Origin: Lama glama
Taxonomy: Eukaryota
NCBI GenBank assembly: GCA_028534125.1
Contig: CM052818.1
Coordinates: 1,614,001-1,678,000 of the forward strand
Reading direction: 5' to 3'
Length of the DNA: 64,000 nucleotides
The translations under genes were made by a program, and so were the position numbers. The notes beneath the pieces were generated by a model, which saw only the letters and a list, made by a program, of their open reading frames with translations, had not been told where the DNA came from and ran no database searches. Of the stretch, positions 1 through 13,747 are shown piece after piece (position 1 is the stretch's first letter; each line of letters begins with the position of its first letter).

Positions 1-705
1 TGGATGGTTAGCATTGCAATGTAGACCCTTTTGTCCTGAAAATATTTTTCTTGGAACTTTGGTCCCATAATCCTTCTTAGACCCTTTTATATGCATTGTA
101 CATCATGAATCTCTTAAACAGCATTTCTCCAGCTTCTTTGATCTATGAACTCTTGCTATTTTAGCGTTTTTCAGGACTAGTGTCAATTAGAGCACATTTT
201 AGAAAACATCAGAGTGTACCAATCTTTGAAGAAACTTGAGTAGAAAGAAACTAGAAAGGTAGGATAGTAAATAGTCTGAATATATAGCATTAAATTGAAA
301 CTTCAGAGTACTTCTAATAAGCAAAGTGAAGAGACTTGGGCTTATTAGAGAGGTTTTAAGACAGGTATTACAAGAAGTATGGTTCTTGGAGTCCCAGAAG
401 AGAGAGAGAGACTAGGATCCTGAGAATGAAATGTAGTTTTGAACAGGGATAAGAAAGTAAAAAGGATGCAGATAGCTGAGGGTAGTGAAGACAATTCCTC
501 TATTTGGTGAGGCAAAATAATAGTTTGTCTTGCAGAGACAAAATAGAAAAGACTCCACTGTGCTTTTGAAAAAAGAAAAAAATAATGGAGACTGTGATAT
601 TAATATTCCCAGTTGTGTTACTTAGCGTGAGATATCTCCAAGCAGAAATTTCTGCTTTGCTTATACTGGAAGTCTGAATGATTATTAAAATTTCATATTT
701 CACAG

Positions 706-885
706 GATGCCAGACATGCGGCTGAAGAAGAGATTTATACCAACTTAAATCAGAAGATTGACCAGTTTCTACAGCTGGCCGACTATGACTGGATGACAGG
801 AGATTTGGGCAACAAAGCTAGTGATTACCTAGTAGACCTTATTGCCTTTCTACGTAGCACCTTTGCTGTATTCACACACCTTCCT
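706..885 (+). CDS. EXOC6B: EXOC6B internal coding exon (180 nt, phase 0-0; probably equivalent to human exon 18)
   Basis: Acceptor tttcacag|GAT and donor CCT|gtaagt. Translates DARHAAEEEIYTNLNQKIDQFLQLADYDWMTGDLGNKASDYLVDLIAFLRSTFAVFTHLP, recognised as the Sec15 C-terminal region with EXOC6B-type rather than EXOC6-type residues. Not present in the ORF track. Confidence 0.96.
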
Positions 886-1787
886 GTAAGTGACAGTCGC
901 TTTTACTTTCTCCATCATATAGAAAAAATTTCTCTTAAAATCTAGTTTGATGTAAGATGTTTGTTTCTGCTTTAACTTGCCAGGAAGCTGTGGGTATAGA
1001 ATCTCGCACTATAATTATCATCCCTTAACAAGATTTTGAGATCTCTTCTGTCATTTTTTCACTGATGTTTGCATTTTGTTTATTCTGAAAATGGTTCCTA
1101 ATATTATATCTGCTTATATTCCTCCTAAGTTCAGGGTAACAAGTGTAAACACATAATGAATGCCTTGGTAGAAGTGGAAGAGAAATTTAGAAGTTAGAAT
1201 TTTTAATCTATCTTTTAATTCTATTTAAATATTTAAATGTCCATTTAAATTGTTTTACTACTTCAAATTCTCTGCTGAAATTCTCCATCTCTTTAGACAA
1301 ATTAGTCTACCTTTTCTCTATTTTCTTAAGCATATTTTTATCACTTTTTTATTGAAGTACAGTTGATTTACAATTTAATATTAGTTTCAAGTGTACAGCA
1401 TAGTGATTCAGTAATTTTACAAATTATTCTCCATTCAAAGTTATTACAAGATAATGGCCATAGTTCCATGTGCTAGATGATATATACTTGTTGTTTATCT
1501 ATTTTATACATAGTAGTTTGTATCTCTTAATGTCTTCCTCTTACCTTTTCCCTCCCTCCTTCCATCTCCTTACTGGTAACTCCTAGTTTGTTTTCTATAT
1601 CTGTTAGTCTGTTTCTGGTTTGCCAAAGATATCCATTTGTTTTATTTTTTATATTCCACGTGTAAGTCACATCATACAATATTTGTCTTTCTCTGACTTA
1701 CTTTGCTAAGCATAGTATCTTCCAGTTCCATCTGTGTCATTGCTAATGGCAGACTTTCATGTTTTTTATGGCTGAGCAGTATTCCAT

Positions 1788-1952
1788 TGTGTGTGTGTAT
1801 AGACGCACACACACACACACACACACACACAATGTACATATACAATATACATATACATGTATATATACAATGTACATATACATATATATACAATGTATAT
1901 ATACAATATAGATACAAAGGAATACTACTCAGTCATAAATATATATATATAT
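1788..1952. repeat. Compound (TG)/(CA)/(TA) microsatellite inside L1
   Basis: Directly visible dinucleotide runs. Confidence 0.9.
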
Positions 1953-2597
1953 CTCACATCTTCTGTAGCCATTTATCAGTTGATGGAAACTTAGGTTGCT
2001 TCCATAGCTTGGCTATTATAAATAATGTTGCTTTGAACATTGGGGTGCATGTATCTTTTCCAATTGGTATTTTCATTTTTGTTAGATATTTACTGAAGAA
2101 TGAAATTGCTGGATCATATGGTAGTTCTGTTTTCTGTGTTTTTGTGGAACCTCCATACTGGTTTTCCATAGTGGCTGCACCAACTTATATTTTAACCAAC
2201 AGTGTACAAGAGTTTTCTCCACATCCTCTCCAACATTTGTTATTTGTAGACATTTTGATGATGGCCATTCTGACAGATGTGAGGTAATATCTCATGGTTG
2301 TTTTGGTTTGCATTTCTCTAATAACTAGTAATGTTGAATATCTTTTCATGTGCCTCTTAGTCATCTGTATTTTTTTTAAATGTCTATGCAGATATTTTGC
2401 CATTTCTTGGATTGGGTTCTTTGTTTTATTGATACTGAGTTGTATGAGTTTTTAAAGTATTTTGCATATTTAACCCTGTTCAGTCACATCATTTGCAAAT
2501 ATTTTCTCTCATTCTGTAGGTTCTTTTGTTTTGTTGATGGTTTCCTTTGCTGTGCAAAAGCTTTTAAGTTTAATTAGATCCCATTTGTTTATTTTTT

Positions 2598-2721
2598 TAA
2601 CACTTTTTATTGATTTATAGTCATTTTACAATGTTGTGTGTCAATTTCCAGTGTAGAGCAGAATTTTTGAGTTATACATGAGCATACATGTATTCATTGT
2701 CACATTTTTTTCTGCTGTGAG
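2598..2721 (-). mobile_element. Short 5'-truncated younger L1 3' end nested in the long L1
   Basis: Closely similar to 18360-18490. Flanked by TSD cccatttgtttatttttt (2580-2597) / cccattggttcatttttt (2722-2739). Confidence 0.8.
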
Positions 2722-5700
2722 CCCATTGGTTCATTTTTTGATTTTGTTTCTTTTGCCCTAGGAAACTGATCCAAAAAAATATTACTATGATTTATGTCAA
2801 GGGATGTTCTGCCTATGTCTTCTAAGAGTTTTATGGTTTCTGGTCTTACATTTAGGTCTTCAATCCATTTTGAGTTTACTTTTGTATATGGTATGAAGAA
2901 ATGTTCTAATCGCATTGTTTTGCATTTAACTGTCCAGTTTTTCTAAGATCACTTATTGAAGAAATTGTCTTTTCTCCATTGTGTATTTATTGCCTCCTTT
3001 GTCCTTGATTAATTTAATCTAGGGTTTATTTCTGAACTCTATTCTGTTACATTGATCTATGTGTCTGGTTTTGTGCCATACAGTGCTGTTTGGATGACTG
3101 TGGCTTTGTAATATAGTCTGAAGACTAAGAATATGATACTTCCAGGTTTTTCTTTTTTCTCATGATTGTTATGGCAGTTCTGGTTCTTTTGTGGTTCCAT
3201 ATGAATTTTAGGATTGTTTTTTCTAGTTCTGTGGAAATTGTCATGGGTATTTTGATAGATATTGCATTAAATCTGTAGATTGCTTTGGGTAATGTGGCTA
3301 TTAAGAGCATGGGATGCTTTTCTTTTTCTTTGTATCATCTTCAATTTCCTTCATCAGTATTTTACAATTTTCAAAGTATAGGTCTTTCACTTCCTTGGTT
3401 CAGTTTATCCCTAGTACTTTTATTCTTTTTGATGTGATTTTAAATAAGATTTTTAAAAACTTTCTCTTTCTGCTAGTTCATTATTAGTATATAAAATAGC
3501 AACAGATTTCTGTAATTAATCTTGTATTCTGTAACTTTATTAAATTCATTTATTAATTCTAATGGTTTTTTGGTGGAGTCTTTAGGGTTTTCTACGTCAT
3601 ATATCATGTCGTGTATCAAAGTATTGTATCACCTTCAGATAATGACACCTCCTTTCCAATTTGTACTCCTTTTCTCTCTTTTCCGTGTGTGATTGTGTGG
3701 CTAGGATTTTCAGTCAGATGTTAAATAGAAGTAGTGAGAGTGAGCATCCTTGACCTGTGCCTAAATTTAGAGGAAAGTCTTTTCACCATTGAGTATGATG
3801 TTGGCTGTGGGTTTGTCATAAATGGCCTTTATTATGTTGAGATATGTTCCCTCTATACCCACTTTGATGAGAGTATTTATCATGAACTGATATTGAATTT
3901 TGTCAGATGCTTTCTGTTTCTATAGAGATGACCATGTGGTTTTTATCCTTCCTTTTGTTAATATCATGTATCACATTTATTGATTTGCGAACCCAGCCAT
4001 GCTTCCCTGGAACAAATCCAACTTTATCATACATAATATATGATCCTTACAATATATTGTTGGTTTTAGTTTGCTAATATTTTGTTTAGGATTTTTGCGT
4101 TTATATTCATCAAAGATATCAGCCTGTAATTTCTTCTTTTTTTGCAGTGTCTTTTTCTGGTGTTGGTATCAGGGTAATAGTGGCCCTGTAGAATAAATTT
4201 GGGACCGTTCTATCCTCTTAAATTTTTTGGAATAGTTTGAGAAGGATAGGTATTAGTGTTCCTTTGTATGTTTGAAGGAATTCCCCATGTGTAACAGTCT
4301 GTTCCAGACTTTTGTCTGCTCACAGTTTTCTTATTACAAATTCAGTTTCATTACTAGTGACTGATATGTTCAAATTGTCTGTTTCTTCTTGCTTCAGTCT
4401 TGACAGTTTGTATGTTTCTGAAAATTTGTCCATTTCTTTCTAGGTTGTCCAATTTGTTGACATATGTTGGCAATGTTTGTAGCATTGCCTTTTGATTTTT
4501 TAAAAATCTCTCAGGTATCAGCTGTTATTGCTGCTATTTCATTTCATATTTTGTTTATTAAGATTTTCTTTTCTTCTTGGTGAGCCTAGCTAATGATTTA
4601 TCATTTTATCTTTTCAAAAAAAAACCAGCTCATGGTGTTGTCTTTTCTGTTTTTTTTTTTTGATCTCTATTTTATTTATTTCCTCTCCTACCTTTATTCC
4701 TATTGAAAGGAAATATCCTTTCTTGTGCTGACATTGGGCTTTGTTCTTTTCCTAATTTCTCTAAGTGATTGGTTAGGTAGTTTATTTGAGGTTTTTCTTA
4801 TTTCTTGAGGGTGGCCTGCGTTACTATAAACTTCCCTCTTAGAACTTCGTTTGCTGCATCCTATAGATTTTTCAGGTGTTGCATTTTCACTTTCATTTGC
4901 CTCAAGGTATTTTCTGATTTTCTGTTTGATTTCTTTGTTGAGCAGTTGGTTTTTTAGTAGCATGTTGTTTAGTCTCCATATGTTTGTGATTTTCACATTT
5001 TTCTTCCTGTGTTTGATTTCTAATTTCATATTGTTGTGGTGGGAAAAGAATGCTTGATATAATTTCTATCTTATTAAATTTGGCGAGCCTTGTTCTGTGG
5101 CCTAGCATGTGATCTATCCTGGAGAATGTTGCACATGCACTTGAAAGAATGTGTATTCTGCTGGTTTGGGATGGAATGTTCTGTAGATATCTTTTAGGTT
5201 TAACTGGTCTAATGTGTCATTTAGGACCACTGTTACCTTATTGAGTACCTCTGTCATTCATTTTGATTAACTTTCTTTGTTTCTGTGAATTTAGGTGAAA
5301 CAGTTACCTATTATGGTCTTGAAAGGGTGTTTTTATTTGGGAGCATCCCTATGTAAACTGTGTGTGCCCAATGTGTTTGGTGGTAGAGCTGGATCTGATG
5401 TGGACATAAGTCAGATCTTTCCTCAGGGCGTACTCTTAACTATCAGCTTGGTAGGGTTGAGGCTAGAGATGAAGGAGCTAGAGCTGGTACCAGGTGTGAG
5501 GTGGGACTTCCCCTTTGCTCAGTGGCTATCATCATCCTATCAGTGAGAGTCTGATCCCAATTTGCTAGGGCAGAAGCCCTGAGGATCCAGCCTGATCCTT
5601 TTAAGTGTGTGTTTTCTCCTTTCCCCACACTAGGAAACTTGCCCAAGTGAGAGGAGTGCAGAAACCAGTGGGGCCCCTGGGGGCTCTCGCTTAATATTAG

Positions 5701-7699
5701 TTGCAGCAAGAAGTCCAAGCTGTTTCCAGTGTGCTGTCTGTGTAAGCATCCACAGTTGTTTCTCTTGCTGTACTCTAACTCAGCCACACATGCAACTCTT
5801 CTTTGTCCCTTATGGCCAATCACTGCCCCCTGTCTCTGCTGCCTGTTGTGAAGCCACATCGCAGAGCTGGTGTTGCCTTTGTGGGTGTTCAGTGTGTATT
5901 GAGAGGTGAGCTGTGGTGGAGTGCTGCCCTCAGAGATCTGGGCTGCTTGTGATGTTTTCCTTGAGTAAGCACCAACCATGATTGCTGTCCCACCCAGGAT
6001 CTACCCAAAGACCAGATCGTCTCTGAGTACCAAGAGCGAGTTTTCTCCCTGGTTGTGGCCACTCCTGATCCAGTGCCCTGCTGCAGCTTGGAGTGAGTAG
6101 GTCCAGGGCATTTTCTTGGCTTGGGCTGAGGCATGCACTGAGGCAGTTGTGGGAAACCCAGCAGCCAGTAGGGCAGACTTCTTTCTGCCCTGCCTCAGAG
6201 GCAAGCCAGTGTGAGTGCACTCCTCATGAGTGGAGTCCAGGATTCTCACCACCCTGTTGTTTCTCCAGGCAGCCAAGGGGGCTCGTTTCTCCTGCACAGA
6301 ACTACAGACTGGGACATCCACTCTGTAGCTCTCACTCTTCATCCTCAAGGGCAATTGTCCTCCCATATATTCTCCTTTTTCCTCTGAGTCATATTGCAGG
6401 GACACAGGTCCCAACCCAATCACTTTCTTCCCATTCTACCTGGTTATGTGTGTATTTTTCTTACAGCCTTGGTTGTACTGGATTCCTTCTGCCAGTTTCC
6501 AGTTTTCAACGAGAAGTACACATATAAATGTATTTTTGATATTCATGGGGATATGCAAGCTACATATCCTTTTACTCTGCCATCTTGATCCTTCTCCTCC
6601 CCAGTCATTTTAAAGTCATTGCTTATTAATGCCTATGTGTAGTTTACCTACATATGGATTGGATTTATTTCTGAGATTTTGGAGGGGTTTTTTTTGGTTT
6701 TATTTTTGGTTATCAGTCATATGGTACTATCTCTTACTACTATTTTTCTTTATATATATTAGACATTGTTTTTTAAATATGTAGAGGTTCCAAATAATAT
6801 CATTTGCCACCAGAATTGGTTCAGTGTTTCCCTAACTAAATAGTTAGAATGGGTGGGTAAGTTTTGTTTTGAACCTCATCACCTTAATCTAGTCAAACAC
6901 TGACCTGGATTGAGCTTGGGTTGCAGTTGTAATATACTTTTGGTTTGCTCCTGTTGCTAGGATGTTGTTCTATGGAGCTTTTAATGATAGCCTGGGACAT
7001 CATTGTTTCTTCAGTACCAAGAGGATTCTGGAAATTCCCACTTTTTCAGAGAAACTTATCTCTTCAGCCTCCTGCTTTCTTCAATTTTAGAATTTGGCAA
7101 ATATCTTGAGTAGGAATCTTACCCAGATCAACAATTGCCAACAAGAAAATCTGTGGTTGGAGATTGTCAATATCAATGCACTACTCCCTCAAGAGCTTTC
7201 AAGCTCCCACCTGAGATTCTCATGAACCTTCCCACTAGTGAATCTTTTTTTCTGAAACACTGTGAGACTGCAGGAAATCTTACTTTGCTTTTGAAAGATT
7301 TTGGCTTAGACCCTTATTTTCCTCAGCTGTCTAGCTTTAGAATTCAGAAATGTCTTGAGGAGAAAACTAGCCCTCAGATCTCTAATTTTGGCTCTTCAGC
7401 TCCATGTAAGTGACAGAAAGTCAGTGAAGTTTTTCACCCTGGTAGCTGCTCCCTTCCTGGATCTAACCCAGATTCTCAGTCTGTTCCTATTCCTAGGTTC
7501 GCCAAATGCCTCTAGGGACAGCTACAGATCCTCAGCTCACCTTTAACAGGTCTGTCCTCTTTGCAGTTTTATTCCCTTTAGTACTCATTGCTTCCCAGCC
7601 TTCTGAAGCTTTTAAACAAACGTTTTTCTCTATGTTTTTAGTGACCTTTTGTAGTTTTTAGTGGGAGCATTTGCCTGTAGAAAACTAGGTCATTTCATC

Positions 7700-9900
7700 T
7701 AGCTTCATCTTGATACCAAAGCCAGAAAAAGTAGCACAAAAGACAAAACTACAAACTAATCTTACAATTATACATTTAAATTCCAAAATGTTTTAAGAAA
7801 GTAATTTAGTGCTAGTATGTAGCATTTATTATAGAAATGCAAGGATGGTTTGATATTTAAAACTCTAACAATATAATTTATCACATTTTTAGGTGAACAT
7901 GATAAATTATATGATCATTTTTGTATATTCTAATAAAGCATTGTATAACATTCAGTCTGCATTTCCAATTTAAAAAAATGTTACTATGATACAAGCAATA
8001 TAATATTCCAATAATATGATAAAGAACATTTATAAAGAAATTTAGCGGTTACCATAGACTTAATAGTGGAACACTAAAAACACTTATCTGCATTAACACC
8101 AAAAGTATGGTGAAGTTGTTTCTCATCACTGCTTTAGAAATTCTGTCAAATAAATAAGATAAAAAAAGAAGTAAATTATAAATATTACAATGAACCATGT
8201 ATATTATCATCTTTCAAGGATAATTTTTGTGTAGTTGGATAACCCAAGAAAATCAACTGAAAAATAATTAGGATCAATAAGACTTTTGGTTAGATGGTAC
8301 ACTTAGAAAATGAATCAGCTTCTCTTACATTGGCAATACACTCATGGAAAATATTGCCCCTCAAGATGCCCCATTCACTATTGGGGCATAAGATGTAAAA
8401 TCTCTGTGATTATACTTAAAAAGTAATATGTAACATCAATGTGAAAAACATGTCACAGGGTAATTTAAAAGGGACTTCTTTATGTACAAATACATACAGT
8501 CTTCTAGGATGGGAATATTTTATATTGTAGAGAGTTTTCCCATAATTAATTTGTTAAAAATATCAAGTAAATTTGATGCTGGTGAGTTAATTAGTGAAAT
8601 AATTCTAAAATTCATTTAGAGACAGAAGTGGACAATATTTGCCAAAAAATATGAAAAGAATATTAATGAATCTTTTCCTTTCAAAAATAGAAATGTTATT
8701 ATTAACCAAAATTAATTTAATTAATATCCTTTTTACAGTGAAATAGAATGATAGATTAAAGGAATAGTTAAATAAAAAAATCTATAAATATTTCAAAGTA
8801 TATGTAAGAATTTTATATATGACAAAGATAGCATTTAGCAGTTGCTGTTGCCAATATTATGTGCTCATTTGGACAAAAAAAATATTAAGTCCATATCTCA
8901 TATATAAAAATGAATTCTAGATCAAATTGATGTTTGTATTTTTAAAAAGAAAGAAATTATGGGCAAGACAATAGACATACTAGCAAATATTACTATAATC
9001 TGAAAGTGACTCACCATTATAAGGATGACACCAAAGATTGAAATCATTAAGGAAAAGGTTAATAATTTGACTAATTGAAATATTTTTAAAGTGCCTAAAA
9101 GTTATTAATGAAGAAAACAGAATGTAAGCTTATTAATAAAAACAATTACAATAAATGTCCTCACAGGTTAACATCTGTAACGTATAACAATATAACACAT
9201 TCTTTGAAGTATAATGAGAAGACGACACACAATTTGATGGGAAAGTTTGCAAAAGTTGTGTTAAGGCAGTCAAAAGAGAAGAAAAATAAAAGAAAAACAT
9301 CATGGACAAGACATACAACATATAAGATATATATATTAACATTGTAGGGTATTTTTGCCTATAAGCTTGCCAAGAGTAAATGAGAAAATGATAACATTTG
9401 GTATTTGTGAGAAATACTTCAGAAGATCTGTGTGTAAATTAATATTATCTTCTTAGTGGTTAGTTTTTCAGTATCTCTCATAAACCTCTTATAATTCATT
9501 TACCTTTCACCCTGCAATCCTACTTTTAGAAATCTAACTTAATGAAATAATCACAGGCACATTATAAAATTTAGATATAAGTATATTCAACACAGTATTA
9601 TCTTTTGGATAGTGAAGAGTTGGGAACAAATTAAAAGTCTAGTAATAAATGTGTTAGCTAAATAAATTGTTATATATTCACATAATGTGATATCATTCAT
9701 TAAATTAATGTAGATGATACTTATTCATTTAAAAATATGTTATTTATGTCTTAATTGGAAAAGCTGGTTGCAAACTGCTATAGCAGTATGATCTCATTTG
9801 TATTAATATCAGAGCACTAATCATCTGTACTGTACATACTAAAAAACTAGAATTATATACTCCCTGACTTAACTGTACTCATCTCTGTATAGCCTGTAAT
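7700..9900 (+). mobile_element. Ancient, heavily decayed L1 (L1M-type) ORF2/3' fragments
   Basis: A-rich sequence with L1 ORF2-like words (gaaatgcaaggatggtttgatatt, aacccaagaaaatcaactgaaaa, cctgcaatcctacttttagaaat). No ORF. Confidence 0.65.
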
Positions 9901-11242
9901 TTTTTCCCTTTTGTTTTTCTGTATTAAAAAAAATTTTTTTTGTCAGAAAACATTTGCCATTTTTATAAACCTGAGTTGGGGGAAGGTGATATTTAGAATC
10001 ACTTTTCTCTATCTCATTATTCTATTTTTGGTAATTAATTTATATTTAAAAACATTTTTATTGACCAAAGTTTATTTTTAAATATGTTTCATCTTTTGAA
10101 AGGAAAACGGCTGGTAGAATTGTGGTCATTATGTCTCCGCCAGCATTATATAATTACTTGACTAAATAAGATTTTAATTAGAGTATCATAAGGTAAAATT
10201 CAGTACTTCAAAGTCAAAGCCATCCTGTATAGATATTCCCTATATTTAAATTCCTTGTTTTTTTATTTCTCTGTTCTTAAAAAATAAAAATGACACTCTA
10301 CTAAGTGTTATTCTTTATATGTGTTGTTTAATACAGTCATTCTTATATATATAATAGCTATCATATGTCAATACTATACTTACTTCAACATCCAGGCCAT
10401 TTAGAAATGTACTCGAAATTAAACTCACGTTTGTCTAACTCACCATACATGCTTTTCCACCTACGGAGTTATGTTCTCTCTTACAGATCTTTGTTGTGGT
10501 GTATAATTAGTTGAAGAGTTTTCCTTTTTTTGTTTATTCTGAGCTGCTATTGCTTCCTAAATACTATAACCTCTCAATGTAGATTGAATTGATCCTACCA
10601 CTCGGACTCACCTTACCTCCTACCATTCAGAATCAAAGTCAGAGGCAATTTACAGCCCTGAATCCTCAATATGGCTTTTGTAATTGTCATGTTTCTGTCT
10701 TGTCTAATACAGAGATCTCTTCCTGAAGCTACATTTTCAAAAAGTAGTTGCATTTGCCAACCATCGTATTCATTGCAATCAAATTAGTATGACTTCTAAA
10801 ACTACCCCTTGTTCTGGTTTTCCACCAACAGCAAAATAAATTGCTCAGGATGTATGCTTATGTTCCCCAGCATGCTAATTAGCTTCTTCACAGAACCTCA
10901 GTTTAGTAAAACATATCAGCAAAACGGAGCTGTGTCTTAGATTCACTTTTGTGCACTATTAGCGAAAGGTGAGAGAGAAAGGAGCTAGCTATTTTTGAGA
11001 AAGAACCAGAATCATTTGTCTGTTAATTAATATGAATACTTCTGTTCATTTTATAATTTCCCAAGGTAGAGTGGCTCCCTATCAAAGAGGGGTTGAATCA
11101 TAGGAAATAGATGTGGAAGAAACTGTAAAGAGAAAGTCAAAAACTGTCTTGCTCTCTTGTATTTTGAAATCCCCAATTTTTCTTAGTTCTTAGGGGTGTT
11201 TTATCACTACAACAGCAACAGAGCTAAAGGGGTATGTCACTA

Positions 11243-11246
<4 letters not shown>

Positions 11247-11272
<26 letters not shown>
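11247..11272. repeat. (TG)13 microsatellite
   Basis: Visible. Confidence 0.95.
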
Positions 11273-11273
<1 letters not shown>

Positions 11274-13108
11274 TTAGATAGAAGATAATGTCCTAGGTTA
11301 TACTCCATTAGACATTGAATGATCAAGGGGAAATTACTGAAATTTGTAACTTCCTCTTGAATCTTTGATGACCAAGGTAGCTTACCTCTTTGCATGAGGC
11401 ACCAAGAAATGATTGTAAGAAGGTTTTGCTCAGTTAAGATTCTAACATAGTGCTGTGTCCTTTGAATTCACCGATGAGGTAAGCACACAAGCATTTCTTT
11501 TTCAGGCTCCAACTGTGTAATTTACAGTTGCATGCATAGCTTCCCATGTTGCATGCTCAGCATAAGAACATAGTTTTGAGAGTTTGTCCTTGTTATCCTG
11601 ATAATTATCTTCCAGCAATGCTTGAGAGAGAAGAAATGCTGTCTCAAGTAACAGGCCCAGAGGAGGAATCCTGAATTAGTTTTCTCTGACTGCTGTTAAT
11701 GATAATTTGTATGGCTTGGGGGTAGTATGTTCCTTGACCCACCTTGGTTTGCCTTAGTTTCTTTTCCTGAAAATACAGTGATATCTGTCCTTGATCGTCC
11801 TTCCTGGACGATCTTGCTTCCTGGACGTTACTTGCTGGGTGATCTTTAAAGGATTATTTTCTACATACAAGTTCCTGAAATTCTTCCTGTCTAAAACCCT
11901 TTAAAAACTGACATGTCTCTTAGCATGCTGTTTCATTCTCTGAACTGCTGCCATCTCAAGACTAACCAAATGATTCTGCTGTTTAAATACTGTCATTGCC
12001 TCCATTAAGTATAAAATCTGCTCTGTGACCATCAAGATTTTCCCCCAAACTACCTTTTTGTCTTTATCACTCTCTCAATGTTCTATTTGCCCAAGATACT
12101 CCTTCTAAACTGAAGTATTGCTCTTTGTCAAGCACATGCTACTGTTTTCTACCCTTGATGTTTTTAATGCCTTTTTTCCCACTTTAACTGCTTCTGCCCT
12201 TGAACTGTTTGTATTGAAATCTTACTCATTTCTTATTTCAAAACTCATTTCAAATCCCACAACTTCCAGTGCCTTCTCCAGGTCATGTAACCAGATGTGA
12301 CATCTTCCTTTCCTGCGGTACTTCTTTTAAGGCACCCGCCTAATTCCGTCTTGGGTGGGATGTGTCATTCGTTTCTGTGCTTACTTCAGGAAAGGAAAGG
12401 GGAGGGTGGTAATTAAATGTGTACCGGATGCATTACATGTGTTATATGTCATCCAGTTAATAAAGACTCAAAATATCTCAATCAGATAAATATTATTACT
12501 ACATTTTAATAATGAGAACATGAACTCAGGTAAGTAACATACATTTAAGAGATACAGCATATAGGTGACAGGGTCAGGATTTAAACAGATTAATTTGACT
12601 TCAAAACTTTTCCATTTTTCCATCCTGCCTACTAGATTGATTGCCAGCTATAGGACTGAAGCTTTGGATGGAGACCTTATTTTATTCATCTCTCTCTCTG
12701 TGTACAGTTCAGCATCTTGAATGAAATTGTACACAATAAGTTTTTGTGGAGTTCTTGTTTTGAATAATTAAGTAAGTGAATTCTCACCTAGGGATTAAAA
12801 AGCATTTTTGGATCATATATATTATTAAAAGAAATCATTTAATTATTGAAAAGTAGTCGTTTAATTATTGAAACGGGAAGTCATAAACTATTATCCTGTG
12901 ACAAGGACCAAAAGATTGTGTAGGTTAAAATTCTAAATTGGTCTTTCTCCTTCCATAGTTTCTAAAGCTTACCCAAATAAATAAGATCGTTGTGGTTCTG
13001 GTTTTGTTGTTGTTGTTTGTTATTATTATTATTTTTTTGAGTACTTGTTGAGGACAGGATCATAAAATGCCTTCTGCATTATCTGGTCATTTATGTAGCT
13101 GAATTAAG

Positions 13109-13390
13109 TTTTTTTTTAACTAAACTATAGTCAGTTTACAGTGTGTCCATTTTCTTGGTGTACAGCATAATATTTCAGTCATACAGATATATACATATAT
13201 TTGTTTTCATATTCTTTTTCATTATAGGTTACAAGATATTGAATATAGTTCCCTCTGCTATACAGAAGAAACTTGCTGTTTAGCTATTTTATATATAGTA
13301 GTTAATATTTGCAAATCCTGAACTCTCAATTTATCTCTTCCAATTCCCTTTTTCCCCAGTAAAGTCAAATTTGTTTGCTATGCCTGTGAG
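13109..13390 (-). mobile_element. 5'-truncated lineage-specific L1 3' UTR
   Basis: Poly-T followed by sequence homologous to 46670-46940. Confidence 0.8.
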
Positions 13391-13747
13391 AAAAGATCGT
13401 TGTTTTTCAAGTTACAGTTTTAATTATAAAAATGTCTTGCATTTGTGTATTATTTTATAATATTCTAACTTATTTTACATGTTCTCATTACCTCATTTGG
13501 TTTTTTTTAAACAACCTCTATGATATATGAATAGTTATTATTTTTCCCCATGGACAAATGTGTAAACTGAGATCTAAAGTAATTTTGCCCAAGGTCAGAA
13601 AATAAATCAGTATATGGGGTAGATCTTAGGTCTTTTTGCTCTGGGTCATGCTTTCTCCACTATATAAAACTGTCTCTCAATATTTAATAATAGCTAGTAT
13701 CTTTTGAGTACACACCATGTACCTAGGTACCATCTTAAGCATGTTTT

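Larger units (their letters stand above)
1345..6600 (-). mobile_element. Long decayed LINE-1 (3' UTR, most of ORF2, 5' UTR) with an internal deletion
   Basis: Minus-strand ORF fragments carry L1 ORF2 motifs ([63 protein letters not shown]). T-rich tail near 1345; GC-richer 5' UTR-like sequence at ~5300-6600. Confidence 0.9.

Noticed and set aside
1672..5108. L1 ORF2 as an active gene
   Set aside because: Fragmented by many stops and frameshifts and by a nested insertion.
5295..6588. Cluster of 60-178 aa ORFs on both strands
   Set aside because: They lie in the GC-richer L1 5' UTR and show no recognisable protein similarity.
12838..12873. Direct repeat tttaattattgaaa x2
   Set aside because: Short AT-rich local duplication with no further structure.
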